From assembly GCA_963709345.1 (NCBI GenBank), contig CAVPVX010000001.1:32001-96000 (forward strand): a stretch of DNA of 64,000 nt, read 5' to 3'. Source of the stretch: an uncultured Actinomycetes bacterium. GTDB taxonomy: Bacteria > Actinomycetota > Thermoleophilia > UBA2241. Position numbers and translations under genes: made by a program. This document shows positions 20,031-30,436 of this stretch, piece by piece (the first letter of the stretch is position 1; every line of letters begins with the position of its first letter). Below the pieces are notes generated by a model that ran no database searches, was not told the origin of the DNA, and worked only from the letters and a program-made list of their open reading frames with translations.

Positions 20031-20531
20031 TCAGTCCTTGGCGTGCTTCTCGGTGCCGAAGGCCTTCTTGAGCTCCTCTTCCTGCTCCGTCGAGAGGTTG
20101 GAGCGTACCAGCTTGGCGTTGGTGCCCTGCACGGCGGCGAGGAACTTGTCCTCGGTCATCTGGCCGATGACGAGGAACCAGCCGGCCTTGCCCGGCGGTA
20201 CCGCGTCGCCCATCTGCTCGAGCACCTGCTTGTCGATGCCGGTCTTGCCCATCTTGCCGAAGAGGGCGCCCATGCCGGCGCCGATGGCGAGGCCGAGGAA
20301 CGGCATGAAGAAGAGCAGGCCGAAGAGCATGCCCCAGAAGGCGCCGCCGAGGGCTCCCGCGCCGACCAGCTTGGTGTCGTGCTTGACGTGCGGCTTGCCG
20401 TCCTCGTCGCGGACGACCATGGCGGCGTCCTGCAACTGCACGATCATGTCCTTCTGCAGCCCCGCCAGCGTAACGCCGAAGTCGTCGGCCGCAGCCTCGT
20501 TGTCGAATCCCAGGACCATCAGTTCGCTCAT
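20031..20531 (-). CDS. DUF1269 family membrane protein
   Basis: DAAMVVRDEDGK, GALGGAFWGMLFGLLF, glycine zipper; AAGGAG RBS. Confidence 0.88.
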   Translation of the reverse strand: MSELMVLGFDNEAAADDFGVTLAGLQKDMIVQLQDAAMVVRDEDGKPHVKHDTKLVGAGALGGAFWGMLFGLLFFMPFLGLAIGAGMGALFGKMGKTGIDKQVLEQMGDAVPPGKAGWFLVIGQMTEDKFLAAVQGTNAKLVRSNLSTEQEEELKKAFGTEKHAKD

Positions 20532-20702
20532 GTGCACTCCTTGTCGCTCTCGCCGAACACTGCATGATGCCCGTACGTCGCACGGGCCAAGCTGACCGTG
20601 ATGCTACCCCAACAGCGCGAACTGGACACCTGTGACGTGACCACATGGTCAGCCCGGAGCACGGCGGAGCGAATGGGCCGGCCCGACCAGGCAAGGCCGG
20701 GC

Positions 20703-21680
20703 TCAGCGAAAAGCGCCGGGTGCATCCTTGACGGCCCGGCTGAGGATGCGTCTGGCGTTCACGCTCTTGATGTGCGAGCCGTCGTAGAAACCCTCCGGCG
20801 TGCCGCCGAACGACTCGATCTCCGTGTAGTCGAGCAGATGGAAGTCGTACTCGCCCTCCAGGCCGCGCAGATACGCTGCGAAGCCGTCGGCCTTGGCCTG
20901 CCAGCCCACCTCGCGGAAGGCGGCGAGCGCCGTCGGGTGATACGGCATGATCACCAGCACCGGCTCGACGCCGTGCAGGTTGAACAGGCGGAGCGTGCGC
21001 TCGAAGTAGCGCCGGGCGCGTGTCTGCGGGTAGGCCGACGGAGTCGCGGCCCTGGGCGCCATGCGCGCCAGGTAGATCCGCATGGACTTCTCGAGCCCGA
21101 CTCCCTGTTCCTCCCGCTGGTCGTAGCTGTTGCGGAGCAGGGACCCACGGCCGCTGTACTCGTGATCCCACTGCACACCCGGCATCGGCTTCGCGCCAAG
21201 GGCGCGCTGGGCCGCGATCAGCTCAGCCGGCAGAAACCGCGTGAGTCGCTCCTCGCCGAGCAGCCCGGGGTGAAGCGGCGAGTCGACGAGCGTCGTCACC
21301 TGCAGCGCCCAGACGCAGCGGAGCTTGACCTCCGGATCTCGCCAGAAGAGGTGGCGCGTGATCGCGTAGACGTCCTCCGGGCGCGAGTTCTGGAGCGCGA
21401 AGTTGAAGGCCGGTAGGCCGGTCAGCCGCTCGACCACCGAGGGCTTGAAGCGCTGCGCCCGCGAGCCGCCGTAGATGACGAGCTCCGGCGGCTCCGGCAA
21501 GAACTCCACCCGGTCGCACTTGTAGGTGCGGTCGTACAGCGGCGGCACCGCGCCGCCGCGCCGGGCGGCGCCGGCCACCGGCGTCACCGCCCAGGCGCCG
21601 AAGACGACGCTCCCCACCGCGGCGAGCGCGGCGAGCGCGATCAAACGGGCGGTGACGATGCCTGTCGCGTGCGAGTGCAT
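20703..21680 (-). CDS. Exported SGNH-like protein
   Basis: Signal/anchor, IYGGSRA block I-like, FNFA, FYDGSH (DxxH); TACCAT-6 nt-ATG leaderless start. Confidence 0.6.
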   Translation of the reverse strand: MHSHATGIVTARLIALAALAAVGSVVFGAWAVTPVAGAARRGGAVPPLYDRTYKCDRVEFLPEPPELVIYGGSRAQRFKPSVVERLTGLPAFNFALQNSRPEDVYAITRHLFWRDPEVKLRCVWALQVTTLVDSPLHPGLLGEERLTRFLPAELIAAQRALGAKPMPGVQWDHEYSGRGSLLRNSYDQREEQGVGLEKSMRIYLARMAPRAATPSAYPQTRARRYFERTLRLFNLHGVEPVLVIMPYHPTALAAFREVGWQAKADGFAAYLRGLEGEYDFHLLDYTEIESFGGTPEGFYDGSHIKSVNARRILSRAVKDAPGAFR

Positions 21681-21788
21681 CCTTCGATGGTATGACGCCC
21701 GGCGACCCAGACAAAGCCGCGCCCAGGCACTGGCAGCCGCACCGAGGCAGGACGTAGACTGTCCGGGTACAGCGAACGGGGAGCGCGG

Positions 21789-22898
21789 GTGGCCGACGAA
21801 CAGGGGTTCACGTACAGGAAGGCGGGCGTCGACGTCGAGGCGGGCAACCGCGCCGTCGACCTGATGAAGCAGCGGCTGAGGAGCACGAAGAACCCTCTCG
21901 TGCTCGGCGGTCTCGGCGGGTTCGGCGGCGCCATGCGCCTGCCGCGCCTCAAGGATCCCGTCCTCGTCGCCGGCACCGACGGCGTCGGCACCAAGATCGA
22001 GATCGCCCGCCGCGTCGGCCGGCTGGACACCATCGGTATCGATCTCGTGGCGATGAGCGTCAACGACGTCTCCGCGTGCGGCGCCGTACCTCTCTTCTTT
22101 CTCGACTACCTCGTCGTCGGCTCCGTCGTGCCCGAAGAGGTCGCAGACATCGTCACTGGTGTCGACGAGGGATGTCTGCGCGCCCAGTGCGTCCTTCTCG
22201 GCGGCGAGACCGCCGAGCATCCGGGGCAGTTCCCCGACGGAGACTTCGACATGGCGGGCTTCGCCGTCGGCCTCGCCGAGCGCGACGACCTCTGGGGTCC
22301 TCAGTTGGTCAAGGACGGGGACGTGCTCGTCGGCATCGACTCGAGCGGTGTGCACAGCAACGGCTTCAGCCTCATCCGCCACCTGCTCGCCGAACACGCG
22401 ATCGACTTGGACAGCAACTTCATCGGCCAGGGCGGGGGCGTCGGCCTCTGCATCACGCCGAAGGAGGGGTTCGGGGCCTGCTACGACCCGCGCTCGACCG
22501 TCGGCGACGTGCTGCTCACGCCGACGGCCATCTACAGCCCCGTGCTGCACGACCTCGGGCACGCCGGCGGCATGCACGCCGCCGCGCACGTCACCGGCGG
22601 CGGCTTCCCCGACAACGTCGGCCGCGCCGTGCCGGGCGACCTGGCCGCCGTCATCGACCTCGCGAGCTGGACGCCGAGCCCGCTCTTCGGCTGGCTCCAC
22701 GGACTCGGCGTGCACCGCCCCGAGATGCTGAAGACCTTCAACTGTGGGCTCGGCATGGTCCTCGTGATGGATCCGGACCACGTGGAGAAGAACCTCATGA
22801 TCCTCGAGAAGGCCGGCCACGCCTCGCGCGTCGTCGGCGAGATCGTCCCCCGTGGCGACGGACCCGCCGTCACGTACAGCGGAGAGCTCCGCGTATGA
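21789..22898 (+). CDS. purM: Phosphoribosylformylglycinamidine cyclo-ligase (AIR synthetase)
   Basis: YRKAGVDV, GTDGVGTK, LFFLDY, GGETAEHPG, SSGVHSNGFSL, HVTGGG, FNCGLG. Confidence 0.97.
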   Translation: MADEQGFTYRKAGVDVEAGNRAVDLMKQRLRSTKNPLVLGGLGGFGGAMRLPRLKDPVLVAGTDGVGTKIEIARRVGRLDTIGIDLVAMSVNDVSACGAVPLFFLDYLVVGSVVPEEVADIVTGVDEGCLRAQCVLLGGETAEHPGQFPDGDFDMAGFAVGLAERDDLWGPQLVKDGDVLVGIDSSGVHSNGFSLIRHLLAEHAIDLDSNFIGQGGGVGLCITPKEGFGACYDPRSTVGDVLLTPTAIYSPVLHDLGHAGGMHAAAHVTGGGFPDNVGRAVPGDLAAVIDLASWTPSPLFGWLHGLGVHRPEMLKTFNCGLGMVLVMDPDHVEKNLMILEKAGHASRVVGEIVPRGDGPAVTYSGELRV

Positions 22899-23902
22899 GA
22901 CCGGTCGACCTGCTCGGCTGCGGAGCGCTCAACCTCGATCTGATCTACCGCCTACCCCCCAGCTTCCCGCTCTGGGACGAACTGGGGCCGCCGGGCGGCG
23001 AGCAGTTGATGGACGAGGCGGTGCGAAGAGCGGTCGAGGAGGCGCTGGCGCACGTCGCCCCGACGCGAGCCGGGGGCGGCCAGGCGTCCAACAGCGTGTA
23101 CGCCCTGGCCCGTCTGGGATACAGGGCCGCGATGGTCGGCCGCATAGGCGACGACGACGACGGCCTCTTCCTGCTGGGCGAACTGGATCCGGCCGACGCC
23201 CGGCTGGTCCACCGGGAGGGCGAGACCGGCCGGGTCTACGTTCTCCTGGACGAGCGGGGCGAGCGCCGCAACCTGGTGTGGCCGGCGGCGAACGACGCCT
23301 TCTCGCCGGCCAACCTCCCGAGGCGCCTGCCGCGTACCCGCTGCGCCCTCTTCACCAGCTTCGTCGGAGACGCGCCGCTCGAGGCCCAGCTGGCGCTGCT
23401 CGAACGGCTCCCCGCCGGCGTCGAGGTCGGCTTCGACCCCGGCGAGATCTACGCGCGAAAAGGCGTCAAGCGCTTTCTTCCGATCCTGCAGCGCTGCGCC
23501 TACCTCTTCTCGACCGAGACCGAGCTCGAGATGCTCTGCGGCCTCTCGCTGGCCGAGTCCATCGACTTCCTCCTCAACATCGGAGTTGGCCTCGTGATCG
23601 TCAAGATGGGCAGCCGGGGTGCCCGGCTGGTCGGCCGCCGCGTTGACCTCTACGTGCCGCCTCTGCCCGCGGATGTGGTCGACGTCACCGGCGCCGGCGA
23701 CCTGTTCGCCGCCGGCTTCATCGCCGGGATGCTCGAGCAGGTCGGCCTCGAGAGCGCCGGGCGCCTGGCCTCCTGGGCGGCGAGCCACGGCATCACCGGC
23801 CTCGGTCGCAGCACCTACCCCGACGCCGAGGCCTGGGGTCTGCGCCTTGCCGAGGAGCGCGGGGACGAGCGGCCGGCCGCGAACGGGCCGGGCGGAACGT
23901 GA
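22895..23902 (+). CDS. PfkB/ribokinase-family kinase
   Basis: GCGALNLD, GGGQASN, FDPG, VVDVTGAGDLFAAG; ATGA overlap with purM. Confidence 0.9.
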   Translation: MRPVDLLGCGALNLDLIYRLPPSFPLWDELGPPGGEQLMDEAVRRAVEEALAHVAPTRAGGGQASNSVYALARLGYRAAMVGRIGDDDDGLFLLGELDPADARLVHREGETGRVYVLLDERGERRNLVWPAANDAFSPANLPRRLPRTRCALFTSFVGDAPLEAQLALLERLPAGVEVGFDPGEIYARKGVKRFLPILQRCAYLFSTETELEMLCGLSLAESIDFLLNIGVGLVIVKMGSRGARLVGRRVDLYVPPLPADVVDVTGAGDLFAAGFIAGMLEQVGLESAGRLASWAASHGITGLGRSTYPDAEAWGLRLAEERGDERPAANGPGGT

Positions 23903-23921
23903 GCGGGGCGGAGGCGGGCAC

Positions 23922-24731
23922 GTGAGGGTCGGCTGGCTCTCCAGCGGCCGAGACCCAGCCGCCACCAATCTCCTCGCGGACGTCGTCGCGCGGGCGCAGC
24001 AGGACGGCGTCCCGCTCGAGATCGGCGCCGTCTTCAGCGACCGCGAGCGCGGCGAGGCGCCGGAGAGCGACCACTTCATCGACCTCGTCGAGCGACTCGA
24101 CCTGCCGCTCGTCACCTTATCGAGCGCCGCCAGCTGGGTCGAAGCCCAGAAGCTCGGCGTCTCCCGCTCCACGTGGCGCGAGGAGTATCACCGAGGCGTC
24201 ATGGACCTGCTGGTGCCACACCGCCTCGGCGTGCTGGTGATGGCCGGCTACATGCTCGTCGCCAGCCCGGCAATGTGCCGTAAGTTCGCCATCCTCAACC
24301 TCCACCCGGCTCTGCCAAGCGGACCCACCGGCACCTGGCAGGATGTCATCTGGCAGCTCCTCGACGACGAGGCCGACGCGACGGGCGCCATGGTCCACCT
24401 GGCGACGGCGCAACTCGACCGCGGTCCCGTCGTCAGCACCTTCCGTCTCTCCCTGCGCGGCGACGACTGGGAACCACTGTGGCGGCAGTTCCGGGAGAAG
24501 CGCGAGACAAAGAGCGTGTTGGAGATCGCCGCCGCGGAAGGCGAGACCGAGCCTCTGTTCGCCGAGATCCGCCGCCGCGGCGAGATCCGCGAAATACCGC
24601 TGCTCTACCAGACGCTGCGCCAGTTCGCCGAGGGCCGGCTCAACACCTCCAGCGGCGCCGTGTTCGCCGAGTCGGTCCGGCTGCCGCTCGACCTGACGGA
24701 GCTGGTCGACGAGGAGGTCCGGCAGCGATGA
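23922..24731 (+). CDS. Divergent PurN-like formyltransferase
   Basis: LVMAGYM, ILNLHPALP, GAMVH..LDRGP (Asn/His/Asp triad); N-terminal loop SSGRD instead of SGxGSN. Confidence 0.8.
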   Translation: MRVGWLSSGRDPAATNLLADVVARAQQDGVPLEIGAVFSDRERGEAPESDHFIDLVERLDLPLVTLSSAASWVEAQKLGVSRSTWREEYHRGVMDLLVPHRLGVLVMAGYMLVASPAMCRKFAILNLHPALPSGPTGTWQDVIWQLLDDEADATGAMVHLATAQLDRGPVVSTFRLSLRGDDWEPLWRQFREKRETKSVLEIAAAEGETEPLFAEIRRRGEIREIPLLYQTLRQFAEGRLNTSSGAVFAESVRLPLDLTELVDEEVRQR

Positions 24732-25813
24732 GCGCCGGTACGGCTGCACCGGCCGGCCCGCCGGCGACCACCGGCCGCATCTACGTCACCGACTGCGAGG
24801 GGCCGCTCACCAAGAACGACAACGCCCAGGAGATCGCGGAGCGCTTCATCCCTGAGGGAGCCGAGCTCTTCGCCAGGCTCAGCCGGTACGACGACTTCCT
24901 CGCCGACGTGCGCCGCAAGCCCGGCTACAACGCCGGCGACACCCTGCGCCTGCTGCCGCCGTTCCTCAAAGCGTTCTACGTCAGCGACGAGGACGTCGAG
25001 CTCTTCAGCGCCGAGGGCGTCCTGCTGGTGCCCAAGGCGCTGGAGGCGCTCGCCGCCGTCACCGCGCTGATGCCCGCGTACATCATCTCGACATCGTACA
25101 CGCCGTACCTCAGGGCGCTGTGCGAGCTGGCGGAGTTCCCCTTCGCGCGCGTCCGCTGCACCGAGCTCAGCCTGGACGCCTGGGAGATGCCCGAGGCGGA
25201 GGCTGTGTGGCTCCGCGAAGCCGCGGAGCAGGTGCTCGCCCGACCGGTGATCGACATCCCGGAGGGGGCGGTCGGCGAAGGCGACCTCACGCCCGACGAC
25301 AACGCGACGGTGGCCGAGCTCGACGACCTCTTCTGGGCGCGAATGATCGGCCGCGTGAGCGGCGAGATGGTGGCCGCCGTCCGCCCCGTGGGTGGCGGCC
25401 AGAAGCTCGCGGCGCTCGAGACGATCGTCGCTGCCGAGGGCGTCGCCGGAACCGGCGTCATGTACGTCGGCGATTCGATCACCGACGCGCCGCCGCTGGA
25501 GGCCGTCAGGGCCTGGGGCGGCGTCTCGCTCAGCTTCAACGGCAACGCCTACGCGATCGCAGCCGCGGAGTTCGCCGCCGCGAGCCCCGACGCGGACGTA
25601 CAGGCGCGGCTGGCGCAGGCGTTTGCGGAGGGCGGCCGTGACGCCGTGACCGCGGCCGTACGCGCCTGGCCGCAGACGAAGAAGGGCGTCCGGCCGGCCG
25701 GCCGGGCTCGCGCGCGCGTCGGCGTCGTCTCCGAAGAACGCGACGCGCTCACCGAGGCATCCGCCGCCACGCGGCGCCTGGTCCGCGGCGAGCGCGTGGC
25801 CCGCCTCGGCTGA
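24728..25813 (+). CDS. HAD-superfamily phosphohydrolase, COG4030/EhaR-like
   Basis: TDCEGPLTKNDNA, YDD..GYNAGDTLRL, ISTSY, VGGGQK, YVGDSITD, SFNGNAYA; ATGA overlap. Confidence 0.8.
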   Translation: MSAGTAAPAGPPATTGRIYVTDCEGPLTKNDNAQEIAERFIPEGAELFARLSRYDDFLADVRRKPGYNAGDTLRLLPPFLKAFYVSDEDVELFSAEGVLLVPKALEALAAVTALMPAYIISTSYTPYLRALCELAEFPFARVRCTELSLDAWEMPEAEAVWLREAAEQVLARPVIDIPEGAVGEGDLTPDDNATVAELDDLFWARMIGRVSGEMVAAVRPVGGGQKLAALETIVAAEGVAGTGVMYVGDSITDAPPLEAVRAWGGVSLSFNGNAYAIAAAEFAAASPDADVQARLAQAFAEGGRDAVTAAVRAWPQTKKGVRPAGRARARVGVVSEERDALTEASAATRRLVRGERVARLG

Positions 25814-25875
25814 GGGAGCGGCCGCCATGCCGCCGCCGGCCGTCTTGCCGCACCCCGCCGACCCGAAAGCCCCCC

Positions 25876-26700
<825 letters not shown>

Positions 26701-26760
26701 CTTCCCGGTGGTCCACCGGCGGCCCGACCGGAAGCGTACGCCGCCGTCCGTCGTTCCACC

Positions 26761-26828
26761 CTTACGCGCGTACGTTGACGAGTCGGCGCCGACACCCGTA
26801 CCGTACTTTGTAAGCCATACAATGTACG
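26761..26828 (+). promoter_or_regulatory. Promoter with three CnTAC-N3/4-GTAnG operators (probable TetR sites)
   Basis: CTTAC-GCGC-GTACG, CGTAC-TTT-GTAAG, CATAC-AAT-GTACG; TTGACG-18-TACCGT. Confidence 0.6.
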
Positions 26829-26851
26829 CCCGGTTCACACAGGAGGACGCC

Positions 26852-27505
26852 ATGCCCGTCGCCGAGGAGACGACCCCGCGCCGCGCCGCCCTGACCCGCG
26901 AGCGCATCGTGGAACTCGCTCTGGAGATCATCGATGAGGACGGTCTCGAGGCCCTGAACATGCGCCGGCTCGCCGCGGGCGCCGGCGTCAGGCCCATGAG
27001 TCTGTACCACCACTTCCCCAACAAGGCGGCGATCCTGGACGCGGTGGGCGAGAGGATCGCCGCGGCGGCGCTCGGAGCCTCGCAGCGTGACCCGCGCTGG
27101 CGGAGCCGCGTGCGCCAGCTGTTCATGGGCCTGCACGCACTCACCGAGGCGCACCCACGGGCGCTGCCACTCATATCCGCGGCCGTCGTACGCACGCCCA
27201 GCGGCCGCCGCTGGATGGAGGAACTGATGGGCACACTCCTCGAGGCAGGCTTCAGCGAGAATCGCGCCGCGACCGTCTATCACGTGCTCGGCGCGTACAC
27301 GCTCGGTCTGGGCTACGCGAGGATGCTGGGCGACGAGGTGCAGACCTCGGACATCGTCGCCCAGCTCGTCGGCCACTGGGCCGACTACCCGAACATGATG
27401 CGCGTCGGCATGCGGCTCGCGGTCTGGGACCGGCCGGGCGAGTTCGAGACCGGGTTGGACGTGTTGCTCGCCCACTTCACGGACCGGCCCGGGAGGCGCG
27501 CGTGA
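26852..27505 (+). CDS. TetR/AcrR regulator (TetR_C type)
   Basis: LTRERIVELAL..LNMRRLA..MSLYHHFPNK. Confidence 0.92.
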   Translation: MPVAEETTPRRAALTRERIVELALEIIDEDGLEALNMRRLAAGAGVRPMSLYHHFPNKAAILDAVGERIAAAALGASQRDPRWRSRVRQLFMGLHALTEAHPRALPLISAAVVRTPSGRRWMEELMGTLLEAGFSENRAATVYHVLGAYTLGLGYARMLGDEVQTSDIVAQLVGHWADYPNMMRVGMRLAVWDRPGEFETGLDVLLAHFTDRPGRRA

Positions 27506-29143
27506 ACGGCGAGGGTCCGGTGGAGGCGGCGCAGGCCCGCAGGGCCCCGCTGCGCCGTCCGCCGCTCGGTCGCTCTCTCCGGGTCAAGATGATCAGCCCA
27601 GCCAAGACGGCCGCCGGCAGCCGCTACTGGCGATCCATCAAGTACTCGCTGTTCCCGCCGCTCGGCCTCGCCACCCTGGCCGGATACCTGGATCCCGACG
27701 ACGAGATCGACCTGCAGGACGAGCACGTCGAGACCCTGCGCCTCGACGACGAGCCGGATCTCGTCGTCATCGAGGCCTACATCACCTCCGCCCGCCGCGC
27801 CTACCGCTACGCCGACCACTACCGCGCCAGAGGGCGCCTACGTCTGCCTCGGCGGGCTCCACCCGACGAGCCTGCCGGACGAGGCGGCCCGGCACGCCGA
27901 CAGCGTGTTCTGCGGCCCGGGAGAGGACACCTGGCCGGCGTTCCTCGCCGACTTCCGCGCCGGCCGGCCCCGGCCGCTGTACCGCTCGACTGAGCGCACC
28001 CTCGCCGGCGTCCCGCCGGCGCGCCGCGACCTCATCAAGCGCGACCGGTACCTGGTGCCCAACTCACTGGTCGTGAGCCGCGGCTGCCCGCACGTGTGCG
28101 ATTTCTGCTACAAGGAGGCGTTCTTCCGCGGCGGCAGGTCGTTCTACGTGCAGGCGGTCGAAGATGCCCTGGCCGAGATCGACCGCCTCCCCGGTCGCCA
28201 TCTCTACTTCCTCGACGACAACCTCTTCGGCAGCCCGCCGTTCGCCGAGGCGCTCTTCGACAGTCTCAAGGGGATGGGCCGCCTCTGGCAGGCGGCCGGG
28301 ACGGTAGAGGCGGTGCTCCGCCCCGGCCTCCTCGAGAAAGCGGTGGAGAGCGGGCTGCGCAGCCTGTTCATCGGCTTCGAGACGCTGAGCGAGGCGAACC
28401 TGCGCGGCGCCGGCAAGACGCAGAACCTGGCCGGCGCCGGTGTGGCCGCCGCCCGGGCGGCCGGCCGCCCGGGCGGCGGCGTCTCCGGCGCGCCGCCCTA
28501 CGACGCCGCCGTCCGCCGCCTCCACGACCTCGGCGTCATGGTCAACGGCGCCTTCGTCTTCGGCATGGACCACGACGACCCGTCGGTCTTCCCGCGCACC
28601 GTGGAGTGGGCAGTCAGCCGCGGTATCGAGACGGCCACGTTTCACATCATGACGCCGTATCCCGGCACCCGGCTCGAACGGCGGCTGGCCGCCGAGGGCC
28701 GCGTCACCAGCCGCGACTGGGACCTCTACGACACGCGACACGCCGTGTTCCGGCCCGCCGGCATGACGGCCGCGCAGTTGGAGACCGGCTACTGGGGCGC
28801 CTACCGCGACTTCTACCGCTGGAGCAGTATCTGGCGAGCCGCGTTCGCCCACGGCGACCTGCGCGAGCACGCACGCCACCTCGCCTACACGAGCGGATGG
28901 AAGAAGCTCGAGCCGATGTGGGACTGGGCCATCCGCAGCGGCCAGGTGCACCGCTTCCTGCCGCTCCTCGAGACGATCCTCGACCGGTTCGGCAGCGGCG
29001 GCGGGGCGATGCCGGGCCGGCTCAGGCTCGATGAGACCCGGCCGCCGGCCGGCGCCCCGCGGAGGGAGCCGGCCGGCCCGGCGGCACGGGAGGTCAGGCG
29101 AAGGGCTGGTCCTTCAGCGACCCTCCCCGGCCCCGCTTCTTGA
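27502..29143 (+). CDS. B12-binding domain radical SAM protein (frameshift near 27832)
   Basis: PPLGLATLA, GGLHPT after correction, RGCPHVCDFC, FLDDN, IGFET, TPYPGT. Confidence 0.88.
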
Positions 29144-29798
29144 ACTGGGAGCGCCACCCCCAGTTGGCCATGAAGCGATAGCCGACCTTGGGGATCGGCG
29201 GTTTGGCCATGAGTCGCACCGCCTCCTCGGGTACGGGCCGGCCGGCCGCCAGCTCTTCGGCCGTGAGGTCGAGGGCCTTGACCGCCGAGCGCATCATCCC
29301 CTGGAGCTTGCGCAGCGGCTGCCCGCCGACCATGCCACCGGCGGCCAGGATCAGGCCGCCGGCCCACTCGAACCCGGCGTCGCGGGCGAAGTTGCGGCAG
29401 ATCTCGACCGCGACCTCGTTGTGCTCGACCTCGGGGAACCCGGACTGGCAGATGGCCACGAAGGCCGGCGCGCCTGCGGCGGCCGGCGCCTCCCCACCCG
29501 CGGTGTGCGCCGCGCCGGCTCGCCCCTCGGCGATCAGTTCGAGCGCGCGGATCGCCGGCGCCGGCAGACTGTCGATGTAGAGCGGGAACGAGAGGACGAC
29601 GAGGTCGGCCGAGGCGACGGCGGCACGCAGTCCCTCCGTCGCCTCCTCAGAGCGCACGGCTTTGGCCGCTCGGATCGTCTCCGTCGCCACGCCGCGCTTC
29701 TCGAGCTCCTCGAGCAGGTAGGCGCCGAGCGACTCGGAGGTGCTCTCGCTGGGCTTGGGGCTGCCGACCAGCAGCAGGACCTTCTGCGGGGCGCTCAT
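29094..29798 (-). CDS. Flavodoxin-like NAD(P)H-dependent oxidoreductase
   Basis: LVGSPK..STS, FPLYIDSLPA, QSGFPE. Confidence 0.8.
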   Translation of the reverse strand: MSAPQKVLLLVGSPKPSESTSESLGAYLLEELEKRGVATETIRAAKAVRSEEATEGLRAAVASADLVVLSFPLYIDSLPAPAIRALELIAEGRAGAAHTAGGEAPAAAGAPAFVAICQSGFPEVEHNEVAVEICRNFARDAGFEWAGGLILAAGGMVGGQPLRKLQGMMRSAVKALDLTAEELAAGRPVPEEAVRLMAKPPIPKVGYRFMANWGWRSQFKKRGRGGSLKDQPFA

Positions 29799-30436
29799 GC
29801 GACCACCGCTTCCCGGCCGGCGCCGACGGCGTCGCGCGCCGGCGTCACGCCGACCTCCGCGAGCAGCGCGTCGACGGCCACCCGGACCTCCCACTCGCTC
29901 GCGCCGCTCTCGAGCACGCCGGTGGTCCAGCGCGGCGGCTGCATATTGTACGTGTTGCGCTCGACCAGCCGCCGGAACGTCTGGGCCTCGGGCCCGTCGG
30001 CCTGACCGGCGGGAACCGTGCCGACGACCAGCAGGTCCCGCCGGCGCTCATAGCGCTGCGGATGACGCGTGTCGCCGGCCCTCCTGCGCATGAACGGCTG
30101 CAGGATCGGGATCACGTGGTCGAGCGCCTTCTTGAGCTCCGACGAGTAGCCGCCGAAGGTCACGGGCGTGAGGAAGACGACGAGATCGCTGTGCGTCCAG
30201 CGCTCGGCCACCGTGCGCCCGTCGTCGTGGTGGGCGCACACGCCCGGCGTCTGCGTCCAGCACTTGAAGCAGCCGGCGCACCAGGCGATCCTGTCGTCGC
30301 GCAGGGTCCAGTCGTCGACGGCCCAGCCGCCTGCGGCCAGGCCGTCGACCAGCGCGTCGTGAGCCAGCGCGAGAGTCGGATCGTCGTCGCGGCGCCCGTC
30401 CAGGAGCAGGGCGGCGCCGGCCGGGTTCGCGCTCAT
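29795..30436 (-). CDS. Iron-sulfur flavoprotein / flavodoxin family protein
   Basis: CAGCFKCW.TPGVC, TPVTFGGYSSELKKALD. Confidence 0.85.
   Translation of the reverse strand: MSANPAGAALLLDGRRDDDPTLALAHDALVDGLAAGGWAVDDWTLRDDRIAWCAGCFKCWTQTPGVCAHHDDGRTVAERWTHSDLVVFLTPVTFGGYSSELKKALDHVIPILQPFMRRRAGDTRHPQRYERRRDLLVVGTVPAGQADGPEAQTFRRLVERNTYNMQPPRWTTGVLESGASEWEVRVAVDALLAEVGVTPARDAVGAGREAVVA

Noticed and set aside
20621-20650. CRP/FNR site TGTGACGTGACCACA upstream of the DUF1269 gene
   Set aside because: Spacing is one base short of TGTGA-N6-TCACA.
24728-25813. Energy-converting hydrogenase subunit
   Set aside because: No hydrogenase genes nearby; the HAD motifs and purine context argue against it.
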